The translations under genes and the position numbers were made by a program. A stretch of DNA of 63,286 nucleotides, the filler included, from Reticulomyxa filosa (taxonomy: Eukaryota; Protista; Foraminifera), in assembly GCA_000512085.1 (NCBI GenBank). It is 28 parts of 28 records of this genome, joined end to end, with 100 filler letters (N's around TTAATTAATTAA, not from the genome) between each part and the next. Parts side by side here need not be neighbours in the genome. Positions count along the whole stretch, not along the records: positions 11,902 to 13,132 come from ASPP01010914.1; positions 13,233 to 16,374 come from ASPP01007853.1; positions 16,475 to 20,077 come from ASPP01010051.1; positions 20,178 to 21,635 come from ASPP01010753.1; positions 21,736 to 23,538 come from ASPP01049552.1; positions 23,639 to 25,864 come from ASPP01005560.1; 22 more parts are not named here. One strand, 5' to 3'. Positions 12,960 through 25,822 of the stretch are shown here, one piece after another (the stretch's first letter is position 1; every line of letters begins with the position of its first letter). The notes beneath the pieces were generated by a model, which was not told the DNA's origin, searched no databases, and saw only the letters and a list, made by a program, of their open reading frames with translations.

Positions 12960-13094
12960 GTTTGCTTTTTTTTTTTTTTTTTAATTGTTTGAAATATTAA
13001 AAAAAAACTCAGACCAAATAAATATTCTGTTTTATTTTGAAAAAAAAATAAATAGTGATTGGTGCTTCTTCTTCTTTTTCCTTTGTGCCATTCA

Positions 13095-13132
<38 letters not shown>

Positions 13133-13232
13133 NNNNNNNNNNNNNNNNNNNNNNNNNNNNNNNNNNNNNNNNNNNNTTAATTAATTAANNNNNNNNNNNN
13201 NNNNNNNNNNNNNNNNNNNNNNNNNNNNNNNN

Positions 13233-16200
13233 GTTTCATTGGATATATTGTTCGTTGTCTCAATATCCATTTACACATTTTCATCATTTCCAAATACTCT
13301 TTTTCATTTACATTACCATTATTATTATTTTTCTCTTTTATAATTTTCTTGGCAATCCATTCAACAGGCGCTTGAGAAGTGACTTTATTGAATGCACCTC
13401 CTTTAACATCAATCCATGCGCCTTGTTTAATGCAACAACGAGCCACACTCCAATGCTTACAATGCATTGCCAAAAGCAATGGAGTGCGTCCATTTCTATT
13501 AAATGCATCATTAATGTCAATATGACGATGTTTCAGCGTGGACTTCAATCGAGACCTATCATCTTGCAGAGCTGATTCACAAATAATATTGTAACGACCT
13601 TTGTGTTTGTTTGTGTTGAGAGATTTTATACAAAAAGGAAGTGGAATTTTATCATCAACATTCCGTTTCTGTTCTATTGGCAATTTCCATTGACTGGCTT
13701 GTTTATTGCAACATCGCAACAATGTTTTGAAAGCATTAGAATTGATAAGATTTTTATCATTGTAATTAAATTGAATACAGGGGTTATAAGCGATTAAACC
13801 AAATGCCAGTAACTCCATTGCACTGCAAACCTTTTCCATTTTCCTATTCTCTTTTAATGTGGTAATTGTAAAACGCTGCCATGTATCATCTGATATTTCA
13901 GACAATGCCGAGTCTGCATTGTTATTCCACAATCCTTTCAATAACTTGTTTATCAACAAACATAACTGGTCATCATCCAATTTCATTAAAACCATTACAA
14001 GGACTTTTGCACGTGAATCACGAACATCATCATTGGCACGATTAAACCATTTCAGGAAAAAATTACTTATGTCTGACATTTGTTGTTTCTCACGTTTTGC
14101 TGATATTTTCCCATAGTTTAAATTATGAAGCAGAGTGCTTAATCGTGCTTTATTCAATTTGGGTAATATTATTCCGATGATTTCTGCATATAAATCGCAA
14201 ACAGCATCGTCTGTATCATTGAGTTTATCCAGAAGATAACGAAGTAATTTACTCATTTGTGTTTTATTTAATTTCCATGCTAAATTTTGAAGCGCTTGTG
14301 AATATGAAAGACGAAATGCACTATCTTTATTATTTAATCTGTTCATCAAAAAATCTAATATACCATTTACTTGCTGGTCATTTAAGTTTGTTGAAATTTT
14401 TTTGATTATCTTTGTACATAAATGACGGACAACGTCTTGGGCATCATCGAACTTAGATTTTAAAAACTTGAGTACAATATCCAATTGTCTGTTATCCAAT
14501 TTTGCAGAAATTGTCCCAAATATTTCTGCATATAAATCATAAGCAAACGGCATTGCATCCTCGTACTTCTCCTGCAAACAATCGAGTAAATGATCCAATT
14601 GTTCTTTTTTTAATGGCAATACTATTCCTTGGAGGTACCAATTTCCTTTATTGACATTATCCATTAAATGATCAAAACACTTGCCCAATTGTCTTTTATT
14701 TAACCTTGGCAAGAGTTTTGTGAATGATCCTACATAAGTATGACAAACATTTTCATCGTCATTTTCTAACACACTGATCAAATCTTCAATATTTTTATCG
14801 TATTGTTTTTCTTTGCATTGTGTTAAAACAGTCTCAAGTGACTGACCAAAGGATTTACAAATTTGATTTGCATCCTTTGGATCCAATTGCATTAGAATCT
14901 TTTCAAGTGAGTGTGCACAATATTTATGCACATATTCGTCTTCTTTGTCGTCATTTTGTCTGTTCATCAAACATGTCAAAGCATCTTTCAATTTTGTTTT
15001 ATTCAATTTGACTGCCAGCTTTCCAGGGATTCTGCGCATGACATTCGAACTAACCAGTTCTTGCTTTTATTATTCAACGTGCTCACACAACTTTGGGAAA
15101 ACGAGTTTTAATGTTTTTTTTTCAACTCTGCTGACACTACTCCAAGTGATTCGATACATACATACTGCACCTTTTCGCTTTTGTCATGTTCGGCTTTCGT
15201 CATCAAATAGTTAACTACGTTATCGTCCAATTGTCTTTTATTCCCGTTGTAATTGTAAAAGTCTTTGAATCGCTTGTGCACATAAATAACGGACATTGTC
15301 ATTCTTGTCTTCGGATATACGATTTATCAAACGCTTAAAGAATATATCCACTTGTTTTTGCCATTTCATTGGCATTTTCACCAATAATTCAATGCCAAAT
15401 TTGCGAACACGTCGTTTTTTATGCTTCAAACATCTTATTAAACAATTGAAAGTAATATCTGCATGTGTTTCGTCCAATTGCATCGAAATGTTACATAATT
15501 TCCAATGCAACAAATTTACATTCTCCTCCTTATTACTGATTAACTTATCTATTAAAGTTTGGAAAATATTACCCAATTGCAATTTATCACATCTTATTAA
15601 TAATTGTTTAAACAACCTCTGAACAATTTTATCATCATTTGAAATATGGTCTAATTGCTCATTGCCTAGCTTTATAAGAATTGCTACAAGTGTATTTGCA
15701 CAAGTATCACAAATAGTAACTTCTTTATTGTGAAGTGTTTCCATCAAACGCTTAAAATTACTATTCAATTGTTCCTTATTCATATTCGGCAATATTTTTT
15801 CAATTAACTTGGCACATTTTTTATGGGTCTTTGAATTCTGATTCTTGAATCCACTCAGCAAAACTTCAAAAACAATATCCACTTGTATTTTACTTACTTT
15901 CAATGATATCGTTTCAAATTTATCAACGGACATGCTACTGATATACTCATTTTGATTTTGAATAAAATATTGGTAGTACTTCAAAACAGTTTTTGAAGTT
16001 GTTATAGAAACGCACAAGTATTTTAATACCTCCAATTGATCTTTTAATTTTTCTTCATCTTTTTTCCTCCAATTGCGGATGACATTTGTTGAGCTGCTTT
16101 ACAATACATGAGTGGATATCTGGATGAACAAGAACATATCGCAACTTGGGCAAATATAGTTTCAAAACATTATCAAAGGGTCGGTGCATAAGTTGGCATC

Positions 16201-16374
16201 TATCACCTTTGGCTTTGCTAAATGTGATCCAAAAAATAAGATACAATTTGAATAAACTAATGATTCTTTTATGACAACATTTGAGTTTTGATGAAAGAAA
16301 TGAACTTTCTGTGTCTGCTTTACAAGCATCCAAACAATGGATAAACAATACTATGTGGTGAATGTATTGGCTGA
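13233..16374 (-). pseudogene. HEAT/ARM-like helical repeat protein with C-terminal ankyrin repeat, disrupted
   Basis: Repeats of the type L..RQLD.V...L...L.D....VR..C in ORFs 15238-16035, 15108-15302 and 13233-15039, broken by frameshifts and stops near 15060-15260 and 16040-16060. Ankyrin motif DINDAFNRNGRTPLLLAMHCKHWSVARCCIKQGA. Confidence 0.7.
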
Positions 16375-16568
16375 NNNNNNNNNNNNNNNNNNNNNNNNNN
16401 NNNNNNNNNNNNNNNNNNTTAATTAATTAANNNNNNNNNNNNNNNNNNNNNNNNNNNNNNNNNNNNNNNNNNNNGGAGCAACAAAATTTTGTAAGAATGA
16501 CAAGCAATTAACTTATTTGTTCGTATTGTTTGCTTTAACTCAATCAAAAAAAAAAAGAGGTAAAACAG

Positions 16569-18956
16569 AATGGACAGAGCGTAGCAAAAGCAAACGAACA
16601 ATTAGTGCGGGTTTGTGTAAGATTTCGACCTATCAATGTCATGGAAAAAAAACATGAAGTGAGACTGCTGTTTAAAACACAGGTGAACTTTTTTGTTCTT
16701 CCCTCCTCCCCCCCCCCCCTCCTCACTGTTTTTTTAAAAAATAAGAGCAGAAAATATATATTGATAATACCATGTATAAAAGTGAAATACTACCCGACAA
16801 ATACACAGTTTGACATGGATGACAAAGACTTTCGCAAGTTCATTGTCAATCGTAAATTGCTGATGCAAAAGAATTTGAAGAATGAGCTGCCGAAACCATT
16901 GGTGCAATGGACAACAGAAGAGTGCTGTGATTGGCTGCACGATATTGATATGGACCCCTACAAGAAGCGTTTTCGAGCTAAAAAAGTAAATGGGGCGTAT
17001 TTATTGGAAATCCCGGATTGGCAAGAAAATAAGCCCCTTGGTTTGTGCTCTGTGTATGTCTATACCCAAAGTTAGTGGCAAATAATTATACTTGTTTGGG
17101 GGGGGGGGATGCTTATAGAAATTGAACCAAAGCGTGTGGTATCATTCACACGAGGAGATCAATCTCACGTGTTTGAATTGGACACGATAATAAAAAACTG
17201 TTCTCAATCTGAGGCCTTTGATGCATTGGGGAGGCCATTAGTAGAAGATGTCATCAATGGCTATAACACTACTATTTTTGCATATGGACAAACTGGAAGG
17301 TATTTATATACGTATGTATAATCTTGATTCTCTTTCTTTTTGCTTTTATTCCATGTTGTTGTTTTTTTTTTTTCCCCCTGCTGCGAATCAAAAAACAAAA
17401 ATAGTGGTAAGACCCACACAATGTTTGGTCCGGAATCGGAAGAAAAGAGTGCTTGCGAGTTTACAGACGACGATATAACCACAGGGATTGAGGAAATTCA
17501 CGCGAGGAGTAGTAGTCAAGAAGACCCCGAAGCCGATGATGAAAAGATTGAAAATGAGGAAAACGAACTAGCCGAAACAACACAAGAAAATACCGACACC
17601 CCCCAAGGTATTCATAAATGTGTATACGTATACAAATATATTTATATAATGATCTTTATGTGTACGTCGTTATGCTCATTCTTGTATCTGCATCTGTGTG
17701 TGTGTGTGAAATAAGTGGATGACGTGGATTTGCCAAATGAAGAGGAAGCCAAAAAATCGGAAGAAAAAAAAGAACCGGTTCTGGTGAATAAAAAAGAAAA
17801 CGACGGGTTGATCCCCCGTTGCTTGCGACTGCTTTTTGAAAGACTGCAAGAAGACGAAGACGTGAAATGCTTCACGGTCCAAATGGCATTCATCGAGGTG
17901 TATCAAGAAAAGCTGCGCGACTTGATTCGGCCCAGACACAAGCTCACTCTTCGCTATGTTGGCAGCAACTCCACGGTCGACAATCTCTCGTGGTGGGATG
18001 TCAACACCGTGGAGCAGGCCGTCGAATTGATTGAAAAGTCGAAAAAGTATCGCATGACTGCTGCCACAAGTCAAAACGTGACGAGTAGGTTGTTATTGCA
18101 TTATATATGTATATATAAATAATGTATGTTTGTTCAATTTTTTTTAAATTCAAAGCAAAACAAAAATACTAATAAAAATAACAATAATAATAATAATAAC
18201 AATAATAATAAAGTCGATCTCATTGTATCATTCAATGCAAAGTTGAGGTGACATTACGTGATGGCACGCAACAAACAACGAAGCTGAATTTTGGAGACTT
18301 GGCAGGGAGCGAAAAGATCACAAAGACGCATGCCACGGGACAACGCTTGAGCGAGGCCAAGAAAATTGTGCAATCGCTGTTCGCGTTGAAGAAGGTCATC
18401 CGCGCGTTGTCCGAAAAAAAGGCGTTTATACCCTACCAAGACAGTGCGCTCACCAAATTGCTCAGAGATTCGTTGGGTGGAAATAGCAAGACCACTATTA
18501 TTGTTTGCGCTAGTCCTCATGCTTACAACAGGTATTTTTTTTTTTTTTTGAAGAAAAGTAAGGAGGATCATCTTTGGCCTTGGTACTTTGGTTAGACCGG
18601 AAACATTGGCCACTTTGCGCTTCGCAGAAATGGCCAGAAAAATTGAAAATGAAGCAAAGGTGAACCGCTTGTTGTCTCGAGAGGAAATGGAAAAAAGTAT
18701 TCAACAGTTGCAAGACCAGCTGCAGTACTTGCGCAAACAAAAAGCCACCAGCTCAAGGTTTAACAGCACTGACTTCAGGGTGCTGCACCAACAACTTTCT
18801 GAAATGGCAAGCAAAGCCGAGGAGTTCCAGTCCAAGTATTTGCAAGCCGAAATACAATTGCTCATCAAAACTCAATATATTCAAGATTTGGAACAAACGC
18901 TTAATGAACGCAACAAGCGTATTTTAGAATTAGAAAAGGCCCTTGAAAACGCCTAA
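16569..18956 (+). CDS. Kinesin motor protein (kinesin-1-like signature) with intramotor insertions; exons about 16569-16658, 16809-17040, 17119-17299, 17405-17607, 17716-18088, 18214-18531, 18596-18956
   Basis: VRVCVRFRP, spliced P-loop YGQTG|[23 protein letters not shown], spliced switch I NVTS|SRSH, switch [29 protein letters not shown] and a ~100-aa coiled-coil tail. GT-AG introns restore frame; the first intron boundaries are least certain. Confidence 0.92.
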
Positions 18957-19745
18957 TATACAAAAACAAAAGGAAAGGGAGGGGGAGGAGGGAAGGGGAA
19001 AAAAAATGTTGTTTGTGAGGTTCAAAACTTTTTTGGTGGTGTTGTAGAGAAAATCGAGGGATAAATTTTTTTGTTGGCGAAATTCTTGTTTGTGCTGAGA
19101 TATAAAAGAGTCGCCTTTTTTAAGTCTCGAAGTAAAGCTTTTTGTTCTAAACGATCCCTCAAGTAAAAGGGCAAAGCAATGCTGGTTAAAGTTTTTTAAA
19201 AATATCAACACTTTGAATGCAATTAAAGAATTGATCTAACTGTCTAAGAAGTCAACACAACTATGAATAGTTGATTAAAAAAAAAAAATTTCTTCCTGTT
19301 CAAGGGGTCTTTATTTGCCATCAAATATTTTTGAATTGCTAAAATTATTTTAGAACTTGCGAATTTTTTTTATTTATTTATCTGTAGTTTGAATTCAACG
19401 TTATTTTGTGTTTTTGCGTGGGGATAAAAGCAAGCAGATTGTCAAAGTTTTGTTTTTTGGGCGTTGATTGCGCTTGGAACCGCCGGTAGTAACTCATCAT
19501 GGATTCTGCTGCCCAAAAATCACTTCGTGGCCGCAAACAAGGGGTAAGTTAAATCATTCTGTTTCCAACCAACTAAAAAAAAACCTCAGAAACGACCCAG
19601 TTTCCAACATTGTCCTTTCACCACATGTTTCTTCTTCTTTCAAAAAAAAAAAAAGAAAGCCCGAATTTGCGGGAAAAAATTGCAACTGACGAAAACAATT
19701 TTTTTTTTTGTGTGCCTTTTTTTAAAACCGAAAAAGGGCCCTTCA

Positions 19746-20046
19746 ATGAAAGGCCATCGCGGAGGAGGCTATCAAGGTGATAACAACGACAGAAATGGTC
19801 ACAATCCTCGTGGAGGAGGAGGAGGAGGCCAAGGTAGGGGTTCGATGGGGTCCAAAAACACTAGCCATCGTGGTAGAGGTGGACCCCGTCGTGGTGCTGG
19901 CCATGGTCCACAAAATCGACGACCTCGTGGTGCCGGACAGGGTTCAAGCTCAAACAACTTCCACGACTACAATGCCTATCGTGAGGAGCAAGCTACGACG
20001 ATTGATAACACTGGTGCGATTGAAAGTCGAGGTTATGAAGTTGACG
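19746..20046 (+). CDS. First exon of an RG/RGG-rich protein (probable RNA-binding N-terminus)
   Basis: MKGHRGGGYQG...RGGGGGGQGRG...RGRGGPRRG; ends at donor GTAAAC (20047); contig breaks in the intron. Confidence 0.6.
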
Positions 20047-20190
20047 GTAAACTATAAAATAACTTTTTTTTTTTTTTNNNNNNNNNNNNNNNNNNNNNNN
20101 NNNNNNNNNNNNNNNNNNNNNTTAATTAATTAANNNNNNNNNNNNNNNNNNNNNNNNNNNNNNNNNNNNNNNNNNNNCATTACGTGTGAC

Positions 20191-20336
20191 GCACTCCTTC
20201 TGTTATTTGTGGTGGTGTCTCCACTTGGTGCACCCAACATAATATTACAGCACTCCTGCTGTTTTGTTGTGGTGTCTCCACTGGTGACAACAATATTTAT
20301 AGTGGCACTCCTTCAGTTTTGGAGTGGTGTCTCCAC
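20191..20336. repeat. Three degenerate direct repeats GCACTCCT-N-GTGGTGTCTCCACT (32-35 nt), period 55-59 bp
   Basis: Copies at 20191-20225, 20250-20282 and 20305-20336, with 24- and 22-nt linkers. Confidence 0.85.
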
Positions 20337-22092
20337 TTTAGACATTATATCATTTATCTTGCATCCATTTACACACATTTGATATCAACATCCTGCCTCG
20401 ATTTTTGTCCTGATATATATCATTGAGGACAAAAACTTCAACAAAAACAACAAAGAAGTTATCTGTTATAGATAACCTCCACTCATTTATTTATTGTTTG
20501 TTGTCTGTTGTTGGTGTGAGTTGTCATGTGGGCTCTGTGCCATCAGACTCCAATCTTTACACTCTTTATCTTACTTTTTTCTATCTATCTTTTTTTTTTA
20601 TACTCTTATTAACATAATCATACAGATTACATAACAACAACATATAGGTTATTTAATTCGTCTTTGGCGTCGTATTTGATATCACTCCAAAATTTACCCA
20701 ATATTGATACGACACGTATATTGATATTTGGATTTCCACATTACCTAAATATAGCTAACTTTTCAATCTTTATTCCATTCAGTAATTACAAAAAAAAGAG
20801 TCTCCAAAAAAAAGAAAAAATACACTATATGTTTATGTTCAAATATACTTACGCAAAAAAAAATATATAATGATATAATGGATATTATAAAGAAATTTTA
20901 AAATATCCAATATTTTAAAAAACACATATATAAAATATAGAAAAACATCCTTTATAACGAGTGTAAAATTTGCATAAATCTGGAACATATGTTGCAGGAC
21001 TTGTATGCATTCACTAATCAAGCATCGCAATACAGTAATAATAATATTATCGCCAGCTACAATTTCAATAATAGTTGATATATTTATACTTGTTGTGTGA
21101 TCACGTGTCCAGAAAGCAATGCACGCAGTTATTATTATGAATAACATTATCGCAGCAACAACCAACATACGCACTGGCATTTTATTTTCATGCAATTGTA
21201 CCTTATTTTGCTCTACATTATCGTAATGGTTGAACGTATATCGTGATGGATAGCCTGTAGAAAACATGTATAATCATATAAACAAAGAATAAAACTTAAT
21301 TTAAAAAAAAAGAAAACAGAAAATACATACATTGACAGGATGTGACATGTTCTTTTTTTTTAATAGTGACAGATTGTGGTACTTTCGAGTAAGAGTTTAT
21401 ATTGTCTCTGCCGCTGCAGATAATGTTTGCCGGTTCTATGAAAAAAATAGTGATAAAAAAAATTTAAATGGGGATACGCAATGTATGTTTGTGTTTATAT
21501 ATATATTTAATGTTTGTTTCTAAACTTTTTTTCTCAATTAATTTTTTCTCAGTTTTCAAATCTATGTTGCATTATGTTATATATTACTATGTTGTTTTGT
21601 TCAACAGAAAAAAATTAAAAAATAGAAACCTGTCGNNNNNNNNNNNNNNNNNNNNNNNNNNNNNNNNNNNNNNNNNNNNTTAATTAATTAANNNNNNNNN
21701 NNNNNNNNNNNNNNNNNNNNNNNNNNNNNNNNNNNGTGTTCGATTTCACAAAATTTTGGTCACATGTTTAAATTTGTCCAAATACGCTTCATATCAACAA
21801 AATTGCTGCAGACCAGCACAATTACTCGATCGACTTAGCAATGTGTATTTTTTTAGGCAAAAGTATTTTCAAAAAAAAGCCAAGGTCCAAAGAGCCTAGA
21901 ATGCATACAAGGACACTTTTTTTTTGGGAAGAGTAGCGGCGCGTATAGCAACGGAAAAAATATGTATCGTGATCAGGTCACATTCAAATATAGGCATCAA
22001 ACTATATTTCAATTATAGTAGTTTGCAGGAAAAAATCGCACAATAACAATAACTTTTGATTTTTTCTAAGAAATATTTCCTAGTTGATGCAT

Positions 22093-22842
22093 CTAAAAAA
22101 ATGTGATATTCACAAACAGGCACAATTTAAGCTTACTCATAGCTTTGTTTGATAACCGATTGCAATTGTTGCAAAGAGAGTAAAATGTTGCAGGCATTGG
22201 ACAGTAAAAAGTCATTTGCTTTTTCGTGATTGGGTGCTCCAATTCTAACAAATGGGTTCCAATTATATTAATATGCATTTACAGTAGAGCCAAACAATAA
22301 TTTTTCGATTTGCAGATTTCAATGTTTGAGAACTTCTTTTCGACAATAAAATCTTAATTCCAAGTATTTGGATTGCAAGCGTATTTATATCACATTTAAT
22401 ATAAGAGAGCGCGTGTTTTCCTTCTGTTGTGACAATTGATGGAGCAGTTCATCGACTTTTTTTACATTCCTTCAAAGGCTTCACTGCGATGACGATTGAC
22501 ATATTTCACCATATCAATTTCAAAATTGTCCAGCCTTAAAAAAACTGAGTAATCGGCACATCTAACATGTCGGCTTGTTCAATATGGATATACATGTACA
22601 AGTTTTTTTGGATACATCAAATTTGGAACGCTTAAGAAAGACAAAATGTTTAGATGAAAAGAAAAAGAAAAGCTGAAACTGATCCGTGATTTTGTCTTTA
22701 AGAAGACACAGTCGCCCGCTTCGAAGAATACTTCTTCATTGTGGCTGCCATTCTCCAGTCGTTTGACAATTGTCTCTTTGGTGCTAAAGTAGTTGTTGCC
22801 ATGTGACCGTTCATGTTGAATTCCCAAAATGGACTTTTCCAA
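22093..22842 (-). pseudogene. Degraded RluA-family pseudouridine synthase-like sequence
   Basis: HLLELEHPITKKQMTFYCPMP resembles the RluA C-terminal LHAxxLxFxHPxT motif; LVHVYPY* sits where LVxVxPxTGR is expected; many stops. Confidence 0.4.
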
Positions 22843-23638
22843 TGTATTTGATCACACCTGCAAAAAGTCAACAGATTGCTTTTTTTAGACTGTCAAAAAT
22901 CGATATGCGATTCAACAAATGAAAACTGGAAAAAAAGGGATCACAACATAACATAGGCATGTATAAATGTACATTATATGCATGTTATGTATACATTATT
23001 TATACATAGGCATACATAATATGTATGTATATGCTTAAAAAAAGAAACCAACACCTTTTCTATTGTTAATCAATTCCACTCGATTACCGGGTCTCGATTT
23101 CAAAAACAATTGCAAACTTTGTCGGGGTTCATTAAGTTGACTGCTCTCCATTGCCAGGGATTATATGGGAAAGTCCTTTTTTTTGAGTTTATCTTTTGAT
23201 AAGAGATCAGAGCTTTTAATAAATAAATAAATCATATTGCTAATCCAATCCCCCGCTCATGCAATGTTCAGAAATTATGATTTTTGTTTCGATAGTATTA
23301 AGTTGAAGATTTACATGTTTTAATAATACATCATCGAGTTGATTGTGTTGTACATCTACATGTGGTTTTTCATCTATTTTCTTAGACATTTCTCCCATTG
23401 ATGATAATTCCGAAAAAGAGGAACTTCTTTCTTTTTCGGTAGCTGTTGCATTTTGCAGAGGAGTGCATTAGAGAAGGAATCCTCGAGAGCGAGTTCCATG
23501 TTGAATACTTTTGGCTTGTTAGGTTGTTTGAAGAGAGANNNNNNNNNNNNNNNNNNNNNNNNNNNNNNNNNNNNNNNNNNNNTTAATTAATTAANNNNNN
23601 NNNNNNNNNNNNNNNNNNNNNNNNNNNNNNNNNNNNNN

Positions 23639-24180
23639 CGCCTTTATCATCTCCATTGCTTGCATTATTTTTTCCATTTTCGGTGTGCCCGTTGCTTGCA
23701 TTGCTTCCCATGTCTTTTTGTCTGTAGCCTCCATAATTGCTATTTTGCTTATATCTATCGTATGGGGTCTTTTTGTTGCTAAACACCGTATCACTCCAGC
23801 TGTTTTTAGATGTATTATGTGTTATTTGATGCTATACTTTTCACAATTTTAACTATTGAAGGGGGTCACGCCAAAAACAAAAAAATTCAAGCATACTTTC
23901 TTTTTGAATTGTCCTTCTTTGCGCGGAATTGCGATTCACCTCTTTGTTTCTTATCACTGGAATTTGACTTAACTTTTATTTCTTCTTTAGTGCTAAATAA
24001 ATCATTGAAAGCGTCTTCGTCGAAGGAAAGAGATTTGATTGACTGTCTCAGTTTGTCTTTCGCGCTTATCTTTTTCTTTCTTCGAAACCGGCGTCCATTG
24101 TTATTACCTCTCGCTCTTTTGAAATTACGTGATGACATTTTCGGACCTACTACTAACTTAAACGTTCTCGGGTTTAACAA
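23639..24180 (-). CDS. Basic, low-complexity hypothetical protein (partial, probably two exons)
   Basis: ORF 23887-24180 (K/R-rich) and an ORF ending at the contig edge with duplicated NASNG; no family recognised. Confidence 0.35.
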
Positions 24181-24525
24181 CTTTCTCCTTTTGCGTTCTT
24201 GTTTCTAGATCTCGAAGCAAGCACGGCATTGCACCATTTACAAATTTGCTCGTATCTTATCAGAATTGTTGTCTTGCTGATTAGTACTGGCCAGGTGGCA
24301 TCGAAATGAAATAAAACAGTCTGAGAGTAACATATTAAGTTAGAGAACTATGACATGGAATTTGTAGCGCACAATGAACGGGTATTAAAAAAAAAAAATA
24401 AAAAACCCAGTAAGCAGGAATAGGTCCTAAATCAAAAAAAAAAGTAAAAGTGACTGTTTTGAAACACGTTGAGCAATAAAGAAAATTATTTCATTGCTAA
24501 ATCAAAAGGAAGTGTTTGATCGATT

Positions 24526-25822
24526 TCAGTCTCCTTTGATGGCTCTGTAAATGCGAATAACAAACCAGCGCGAGCTCCAATGACCAACAGCGCCCAACAT
24601 TAAGCAGAAACCATAAGAGATCATCAAGGTATAGCCAAAATACATAACAAATTGAAGTGAGCCAGACATGCGTGCACTGTACACGTAATAATAAATGGCA
24701 TAAGCATACATAAACAAGCCACAAGCTCCGCCTCGAATAATTGACGGCCACCACCACATGTAATTCTCGGCAGTCAATTGGAAATAGCACATTAAAATGA
24801 CCACAAACGATGTAACAATGAGCAAAATGACGAACGTTAACAACAATATTCCAAATAATGTGTACGGCTTTTTTTTTTTTTGTTAAAAACATAAAGTACT
24901 GATTAAGTTCTCATAAATCGAAGATTTGAGGATACAAAGAATCGAAAAAGAGTATTTTCTTTTATTTTGTAATATTTCTCTCTCCCCCCCCTCTCTTTGC
25001 TAAACTTGATGTCCCCACACAGACATAAAAATAGTATGCACTTCGACGTAAATAGCCATGAATGGCAAGAAACCAGCAGTAAGCACTAAAAGTACACGGT
25101 TGTGATACCAGGGCAAGTCATCCGGTACTGATTTGGTGATTTTTCTCACGGTGCAAGGATACTCTTGCACTAGCACTTTGCCTCCTCGATATGCGCCAAA
25201 TGCAGTCAAAGGAAACGTGACAAATGCCCACAACAGCACAATCGCCAAAATTGTAGCAAATGGCAACGCAATGGCCGACTCATAGTACACTGCAACACTG
25301 TTGATTACGCTAAACACTAACAAAAATGGGCCAGCAAACAGTGAGGCTGTCAGTCCGCAGCTCAACATCCAATCGTGAGAGGCAAGAGCTGTTGTGTTTC
25401 AACAAAAGCAAATCTCCATTAGAGAACGGGGGGGGAGGGGGGGAAAGGGAGGTTCAGTACAATTGTATTCAAATTTATTTTGCTTTTTTGTTTAAAAAAT
25501 AGTAAAACAAAAGAGAAGACGATGCTTAAACGAAACCGAGTTCTTTTAATTTGGCAGATGCCATGTACCCAGCAACGTAAGCAGTGAATGAGTACAAAAA
25601 GATGGAAGCAACATATATTCGGCCATGGTTTCCAGGATAAAAACAGCCAATAACGGCAAGCATCAACAAGAACAATACAATCAACAATATCTGAGCACCA
25701 ACACCAACCACCGATGACATCAAATAGGGGTAGCTTGGGGGTCGGAACACATCAAATCGAATTCTTTTCCAGCCACTTTCATCAATTTCATTTTCTATTC
25801 CTTTCTCTCTCGCTTCTGTCAC
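24526..25822 (-). CDS. Transmembrane 9 superfamily (TM9SF/EMP70) protein, 3' part; introns 25389-25536 and 24868-25005
   Basis: DESGWKRIRFDVFRPP, AGFLPFMAIYVE, YFQLTAENYMWWW and C-terminal FVIRIYRAIKGD (KxD) are diagnostic; both introns splice in frame. Confidence 0.93.

Noticed and set aside
20191-20336. CRISPR array interpretation
   Set aside because: Repeats vary internally, the two linkers resemble each other, the context is eukaryotic and no cas genes are present.
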